Below are positions 56,900 to 64,000 of a DNA stretch of 64,000 nt, piece after piece. Every line of letters starts with the position of its first letter. The first letter of the stretch is position 1. The stretch covers positions 293,074,001 through 293,138,000 of the forward strand of contig OZ024741.1 in assembly GCA_964016885.1 (NCBI GenBank), read 5' to 3'. Below the pieces are notes generated by a model that saw nothing but the letters and a program-made list of their open reading frames with translations, was not told where the DNA came from and ran no database searches. A program made the position numbers and the translations under genes. The DNA is from Eledone cirrhosa. Lineage: Eukaryota.

Positions 56900-59218
56900 A
56901 GGAATAACCAAAGAGTGCTTAGAAATACATTGTTTTGTTAGCTAACAGTGTTTCATCCATACCCCATGGCAGGAATCATCAGAGCTTATAAAGAAGAGTA
57001 TATCAATAGTTGCATGCTCCATCGAGCTGCGTCACCAATACAAGGTTAAAGGACCACCAGGTGTGTCCCGAGGCCAGCGCTATATGGAAAAAGACAGAAT
57101 ACATGATGCATATAATGTTATAAATGTCATAAAAAATTACATTAAAAATTAAAAATAACAGCAAAAATTTATCACTTAAATGGTGCAATAGATGATAAAG
57201 AGGTTTGGGAGAGGGTAGCAAGGAATGAGTGAAGGTATTACTCAGTATGATCAAAAACAATAAAAAAAAAGTACAAAAATACAAAGATAACAAAAGAAAT
57301 AAATATAAAAATAAAATATAAAAAACAATAAAGGACCCCCCCCCCCCCAAAAAAAAAGCAAAGCATAGATGCCTCAAAATATAAGCAGTGCAAAAACAGG
57401 CTGTACAGGCAGATTAAGAGAGTTTGCAAGCATGAGTCTGTGAGAATAGTTGGTTAGCAGTGTTGCAGCCTTACATGTATGATAGTCCATAGGAAGGACT
57501 ATTTTTACAAAACATATACTCAAGGCGGTCAGCGATATACACCTAAAATCTAAAATAAAAGAAAGTACGAAGAGTTGAAGAAATGTATCGTACATGTACA
57601 GCCGGCACACAAGTGAGGAAATTGAAGATATGACAGGTCCACTGTAACTGGCATCCCTCAAAGTCCTCACGTTCGGTCGCTCGACCCAACGTCCAAGTGA
57701 AATTCACTGTATGTCCGAGTTGGCATCCAACCAATGTGTCGTACCGTATACGGCCGGAGTTCAATTTTCAGTGTCGCACATTGCCTTGAGTGTGGTTCTA
57801 TAATTCATCAAAGCTGGAGCACAATTCATATTCAACAAATTCAAACTTTCAAAGGTTAGCCTCTCGCTAGTAACACACAACGGTTGTCAGAATATACACT
57901 CAGGAAGTCGTAGTGTGCTTATGAAAAGTACGGGAGGCAATACGCGTCATAAAGGGCGGATTCATTAGATATCCAAAGGGACGCGTGGGGCGAGTCATTT
58001 GTTCGATTCAAACCCCTCAGCGATCAACTACCCGTTCCCCCTGGCGATTGATCGATTCTGCGGCACCTAGCCCACACGATTTGCTACCATAGTTCACTAT
58101 ACTATGTTAGATCTATCACACACTTTAAGGTTAAGGCCAACTGGACCCCGGGTGCCCAATTTACCCGCTTTGTGGCTGCGGCGGGGTTTTCTGGGCTTTT
58201 GACAGACTATTATGCTGTGCTATCAGTTAACGCACAATGGGTGTGGTTATAAACCATATTAATATGGTTAGTGTGGGTAGGTGCCTATATAGGGTCAAAC
58301 TATGCTAGGTAAAGTGAAGAGCCTTAAGTAGGTCGCACCCTATGGGTTCTTGGCCTGGGGTAATAAGATGAACTAGGGAAGAGAGGAAGAAAAAAGTAAT
58401 AGAGAGGGAAGAGGAGAAAAAAATGGGAAGAAATATTAGAGTAGTCTATATACACTTGAAGGGCAGTTATCGTCACAAAGGAACCAGGGTGCAGTGCGGC
58501 GTGGTTTTATGTAGGCCAGACAGGAGGGAGGTATGCAAGTCCTACAGCGTTAGCTAATTGGTCTAATGTAATAGAAGGAGCTAAGATTTATGTGCAGGCA
58601 AGAAGAGAATATTTCTGATTTCCTATTTAGCAGGTTCAGTTTGGAGTATATTATGGCATGTGATTCAGGGAGACAAAGTCACAGGTTTTGCTAGGGGGTC
58701 TGTACTGCGATGATTTAGTGATGATTCCCCAATCAAGCGTGTATTGAATATCAGTGTTCTTCAGGAGGGATATGTAACTAGCTAGGGATGTTGTGGTATT
58801 CTTAGGTCTATTATGTCTAAATGTATATCGATGGGAGTTGTATCTAGTCTTAAAGGGGGTCGATGTAGACCCTATATATGTTTTGGAGGAGGTCCGAGTT
58901 GTAACATCACATGCGTAGACAATATTGTTTATAAGGCATTGCCCCTTTAAGGGGCACTCCGACTTTTGTCTACAGTTACATTTGCGGTGCATGTGAGTCT
59001 GCGGCACAGGAGGTGTTTGGTTTTCCGTGCGTTCCAGAATTGGCAAACGTACACCAGATGTGTGGATAGTATTGGTGGTTGACGCTGCAGCAGGTCCATC
59101 TAGTGGGTGCGGGTGCCTCGCAGCTGCAATGGTATCGAAGCCCTTTCTAATTTTTTTATTGTTCGTTATGGCTAGGTGACGAGCTAGATTTGGAGTGGTG
59201 GAGAATGATAGCTTAATT
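56900..59218 (-). mobile_element. Penelope-like element 3' part (GIY-YIG plus long 3'UTR)
   Basis: ORF 58651-59046 [34 protein letters not shown]; downstream frameshifted LLNRKSEIFSSCLH; ~1.6-kb tail ending in an HHR. Confidence 0.85.
56940..56986 (-). ncRNA. canonical-core minimal hammerhead motif
   Basis: reverse complement AGCT-CTGATGA-TTCC TGCC atgg GGTA T GGAT-GAAAC-ACT-GTT-AGCT. Confidence 0.7.
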
Positions 59219-59281
59219 GTATATGTACATATATATGTATATATATCATCATATATATCTATATATCTATATATATATCTA

Positions 59282-59340
<59 letters not shown>

Positions 59341-59344
<4 letters not shown>

Positions 59345-59529
59345 TCATCATCACCATCGTTTAACGCCCATCTTCCATGCTTGCATGGGTTTGGACGGGA
59401 GTTTTCCCACTTGAGGCAAGATTGGTTATCTTGCTCGTATAGGACTGTCTGGCGGATTTTCTACGGCTGGATGCCCTTCCTAACACCTACCACATTTACA
59501 GTGTGGGCTGGGAGGCTTTTACCGTGTTT

Positions 59530-59530
<1 letters not shown>
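59341..59530 (-). mobile_element. RTE subfamily A extreme 3' fragment
   Basis: homologous to 751-940, between (TA)n tracts. Confidence 0.8.
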
Positions 59531-59569
<39 letters not shown>

Positions 59570-59687
59570 TAAAATAACAGATAAATATTTGCTCTACGGT
59601 TCTTCTATATTTGATATATATTTATCCTTATCGAGTCCTCTTTGGATTTTAGTCTTCAAATTCATTATTATTACTATATATATATAT

Positions 59688-61597
59688 ATCATCATCATCA
59701 TCATCATCATCATTTTACGTCCGCTTTTGGGTGGGACGGGTCTTATTCAGCACAGCATATCTCCACTCGTCACGGTCCTCCGTCATCTCCACCGTGAGCT
59801 TCAATGATCTGAGGTATGTTCTCACCACCTCAGCCCATTTTTTTTCGTGGTCTACCTCTACCACGTCTTCCTTCGACTGGCATTTCCTGGCACTTCTTCC
59901 CCCATCGGTCATCTTCCATGCGCATCACATGTCCATACCACCTCAGTCTCCTCTCCCGTACTCTACATTCTATCCCTCTCAGACACAGTTTCTCTCTCAA
60001 CATTTATGCTGGGTCATTCACGCACATTTACACTGCACATCCAACGGAGCATGCTTGCCTCATTTCTCTCCAGCCGTCGCATATCCTCTGAAGTTGCTGC
60101 CCATGTCTCACTACCATGCAGCATCGCGCTCCTCAAACAGTCATCGTACAACCGGCCTTTTGTACGCAGGGAGAAACCCTTCTTCGTCAACAGAGGAAGC
60201 AGCTCCCTAAACTTCTTCCAACCCGTCCTTATTCCAGATACTATGACCTCGGAACACCTTCCTGCCGTGCTAATCTGATCTCCTAGGTACCGGAAGCTAT
60301 CCACCACTTCTATAGAACCCTCCTGCATTTGAAAAATGTGTCTATCAATGCGACTTCTACTGTCTAATTTCCCTGTACATCTACTGCATACATATTTCTC
60401 CCTACCTTTTAGTTTGCCTGCTATTGCGCTACATCTCTTGTGTACCCAGGATCTGCATTGTGTGCATTTTATAGAATTTATATCAGTTCCTTTTCTGCAT
60501 ATCGAACATGGCCATTTCCCTGACGGAATCAGCGTTTTGTCCTCTTTTCTACTCATCAACACTTTTGTCTTAGCTAGGTTCACTCTCAGTCCTCTTGCTT
60601 CCAACTGCTGTTTCCATAGCCAGAATTTATTCTCTAGCTCCTCTACTGATTCTGCTATAAGAACCAGATCGTCAGCATAGAGAAGTTCCCTTGGACAGTC
60701 AGTCTTAAACTCCTCTGTTATGGCTTGGAGGACTATAATGAACAAGAGCGGGCTGAGGACCGAACCCTGATGTACTCCTACTTGTATCTGGAATTCCTCA
60801 CTAAACTCCATTCCTACCCTGACGTTACTGAGAGAACCTCTGTACAAAGTTTGCACTGTCCTCACAAGCCATTCCTCAACACCTAGCTTCCTTAGGGACC
60901 ACCAGATCACAGATCGGGGTACTCTAGGTCAACAAAGGCTAAGTATAGTGGCTTATTTTTCTCTAAGAACCTCTCTTGCAATTGTCTCACCAAGAAGAGG
61001 GCATCTGTTGTACTCTTCCCATGCACAAAACCAAACTGCATCTAGTTTGACCCTTTCTCTAATTAGTTGTGCTAATATCCTTTCTGCCACTTTCATAACC
61101 TAATCTATCAGTTTTATACCCCTATAATTGCTCCTCTCCAGAGCATCCCCTTTACATTTGTAGCAATTTATGAGAATGCTGCTGCACCAGTCTTTGGGTA
61201 TGACACCACCATATATAGCCTGATTGATGATGGGTGCAACTAGTTTAGTGCCTACGTCCCATGATGCCTTTAGCATCTCAGCAACTATTCCCGATGGTCC
61301 AGCAGCCTTACCATTTTTCATTTCCCTAGTCGCCTCTTGTACCCTATATTCGTCAATCTCAATAGCTGGTCCCTCTGTCAGATCTACTGAGGGTAATTTC
61401 TCTTTCTCCCATTCGTTCTCCACATTCATCAGTCTCTCATAATGACATTTCCAGGCCTCCTTTTTCTGATCATTCGTGACACTAAGTACACCGGCATCAT
61501 CCCGGACACATCCCAACAACATCCTGATTTGCATTGACACACTGCCTTGCAATGTGGAACACCGCATGCCTCTCTGCATTCTAAGTACACCTGACGT
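59688..61597 (-). mobile_element. RTE subfamily B LINE, 5'-truncated
   Basis: ORFs 61100-61579 and 60014-60910 ([22 protein letters not shown], Cys/His finger); (GAT)n tail; (TA)n flanks. Confidence 0.92.
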
Positions 61598-61627
61598 CTA
61601 GCTTCTATATATATATATGTATATATA

Positions 61628-61752
<125 letters not shown>

Positions 61753-61869
61753 TAAACGGAATAGAAAATGCTGACAAATTGTTCACAGTTGAAATATGGT
61801 TTAATTAGGAATAAAAGAGTATTAGTGATTGTATGGGTTAGTATTCAGTTGTGGTTTTAAGTTTTTAAG

Positions 61870-61907
61870 TTTTTACCGGTTGCGCATTTCTAAATGCTTT
61901 TCAAAAA
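61870..61907 (-). ncRNA. degenerate HHR motif (U3-A8 core)
   Basis: reverse complement TTT-TTGAAAA-GCAT ttagaa ATGC-GCAAC-CG-GTA-AAA; GAAA changed to GCAA. Confidence 0.45.
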
Positions 61908-62204
61908 TAATTTTGAGATAGAGTGTCCGTGCTGTTTGCTCTGATCTGATTAGTTTTGGGAATTCTACCTGTTTTTATGTTAAAAAAGTGGCTCCAGCGT
62001 TATTTTTGTGTTGCAAAAATGCTTGTGGTCAAAACAATTTTGATTGGTCGGTAGAGGTCATGTGAATGTAAAAAGTTGATATATATATATATATATATAT
62101 ATATGCATATATATCTATATATATATATATATAGAAAAAAATATGAAATCGAAAATGCAACTGGAGTCTTATTTTTTTTAAAAATCTATATATTTATTTG
62201 GTTC

Positions 62205-62240
62205 CTTTACCGGTTTCGCAGTTCTTCTGCTTTTCAAAAG
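62205..62240 (-). ncRNA. minimal HHR motif (U3-A8 core)
   Basis: reverse complement CTT-TTGAAAA-GCAG aagaa CTGC-GAAAC-CG-GTA-AAG, then AATAAA; palindromic ACCGGT. Confidence 0.7.
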
Positions 62241-62380
62241 TAGAGTTGAGATGGAGGGTCTGTGGTTTTTCTATATATATATATATATATATACATATAT
62301 CCTACCCCCCACTCTCCTGAGCGTGAATTTAATAAACATTTATCGTACTGCCTCTCTGTTCTGTCCATGTTCAATTTTTC

Positions 62381-62451
<71 letters not shown>

Positions 62452-62465
62452 GTATATATATATAT

Positions 62466-62825
62466 AACGAAGGAAATGTGGTAAGAAAGCAGGTGGACCA
62501 TAACGGACCAAAGTACTCAATACTTAGGGTAGAGTGGGTAATAGGAACGAGTAGGACCCCGACGGCTGAGCTCAAGCCGTTTCGACGGCTAATTCTGGAC
62601 TAAATGAACATTTTTATCCTGGTATCTGAATAGCCGAGCTTCTCAGAGAAGTTCGGCTATTCATATACCAGGATAAACATTTTCATTTCGTCCAGAATTA
62701 GCCGTCGAAACGGCTTGAGCTCAGCCGACGGGGTCCTACTCGTTCCTATTACCCACTCTACTACCCTAAGTATTGAGTACTTTGGTGCGTTATGGTCCAC
62801 CTGGTTCCTTACCACATTTCCTTCG

Positions 62826-62827
<2 letters not shown>
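62466..62827. repeat. near-perfect palindrome (~180-bp arms, 1-nt centre) in (TA)n
   Basis: AACGAAGGAAATGTGGTAAG... / ...CTTACCACATTTCCTTCGTT; centre TTCTC-A-GAGAA at ~62645. Confidence 0.92.
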
Positions 62828-62896
<69 letters not shown>

Positions 62897-63700
62897 TGTA
62901 TGTAATGTAGAATTATTTTGTATTATGAAATCCAAAAACATTTTATTAAATAACAGAATAGAGCGATCGTTATACTGTAACCATCGCTTAAAATCTACAT
63001 TTTCATATTATAAATACTACCAGGATTGAACGCCTGTCTCTATCCCCGTTTGATTGTCAAAATAGATATGAACATTCTTTATTAGTCTTAATTCTATCAA
63101 CTCTTCTATTATTTACCTTTTAATACAAACTGCTATAGATAAAATGAGATTTCTGATTTCTTGATTCAATTCCCTAATGCATATACCAGCTGGCTACTAG
63201 CATTGATGTTATTTAGTAGCAATCGAAATCTCCCCCTTCACCAATTGACACTTTATAATTAATACTACTGCACCAAATGACCAGCCCTGTTCACTGTCCA
63301 GTTGGTCAAGTAGAGATTAAAATTGGCACTCCCAAAATTCTTATTTAGATTTACTCATGGGATTCTCATTAGAAACCCATTATATACTTGTTTAGCAGTA
63401 AATTATTTTACCATCTGTCATATACTATCCCCTCTGTTCCTTCCTCTTTTACTAATATAAATACTTCAATTTTTCTGATTTTATCCAGTGACCAGTGAAA
63501 GACTTGGTACATCTACATATGTATACGTGTGTGTATTCATATGCATACTAGTATTTCAGTATACATATGTGGATGTACATTTTTAACTTAATTGTTTAAG
63601 CGTCAGTCATACAAAAGTGAGTTACAAACGAAACGAAATTTAATTTCGTTTCGTTATTTGTTTTTATCGTCTCCGTTGAACCGGTACGTACTCACACTCT

Positions 63701-63748
63701 ATGCAAATTGGTCTGCTCACTACTAATTTTCATAGAAAAAGCATATAA
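63701..63748 (+). promoter_or_regulatory. octamer plus PSE-like/TATA-like box (putative snRNA-type promoter)
   Basis: ATGCAAAT at 63701, then CTCACTACTAATTTTCATAG and ATATAA; equivalent ATGCAAATTGG..CTCAGCCGTTAATATGCATAAG..GTATAT at 35785. Confidence 0.4.
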
Positions 63749-63765
63749 CGATATGTGCTTTTACG

Positions 63766-63861
63766 ATTCTCCAGAAAGGCCGGTAGATAGGTAAATATTG
63801 CTGATGAGTTGTAACAACAACGAAACTAGTTCAATATTCCTTGTCTGGCTTTCTGGAGAAT
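63766..63861 (+). ncRNA. canonical type-I hammerhead ribozyme with long stem I
   Basis: ATTCTCCAGAAAGGCC..AGATAGG..AATATTG-CTGATGA-GTTG taacaa CAAC-GAAAC-TA-GTT-CAATATT-CCTTGTCT-GGCTTTCTGGAGAAT; palindromic ACTAGT for dimeric stem III. Confidence 0.9.
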
Positions 63862-64000
63862 AGAGGAAAAGTGTTTCCTCAAAAACCAGTATGACTCTAA
63901 AAACCGGTTTGTCTGTGTGTTTACATACAGAATAGCTGGCCACTCACAGTAAAGTGACCAGTGAAAGACTTGGTACATCTACATATGTATACGTGTGTGT

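Larger units (their letters stand above)
63487..64000 (+). mobile_element. retrozyme-like tandem unit (466 bp), running off the window end
   Basis: AGTGACCAGTGAAAGACTTGGTACATCTACATATGTATACGTGTGTGT at 63487 and 63953; contains octamer and HHR. Confidence 0.8.

Overview
AT-rich, microsatellite-laden animal genomic DNA. Its repeat content (tRNA-derived SINEs, RTE LINEs with (GAT)n tails, very long (TA)n tracts) looks like an octopod cephalopod; this is inference. No complete host gene is evident, only a few weak candidate exons. The window holds several 5'-truncated RTE-clade LINEs, two Penelope-like (GIY-YIG, Naiad-like) retroelement remnants, four tRNA-SINE families, a Helitron relic, mariner- and piggyBac-type MITEs, and minisatellites. 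The most striking content is about 15 minimal type-I hammerhead-ribozyme (HHR) motifs read by eye. They sit at Penelope-like 3' ends, in fold-back palindromes inside (TA)n tracts, and in ~300-470 bp partial-tandem units resembling non-LTR retrozymes. Two related units carry an octamer (ATGCAAAT) plus a PSE-like box upstream of the HHR. Cores include canonical CUGANGA, the compensatory U3-A8 form (UUGARAA) and U4 variants (CAGANGA, CCGAAGA). Most ORFs in the supplied track are microsatellite artefacts. All structures were paired by eye and none is experimentally tested.
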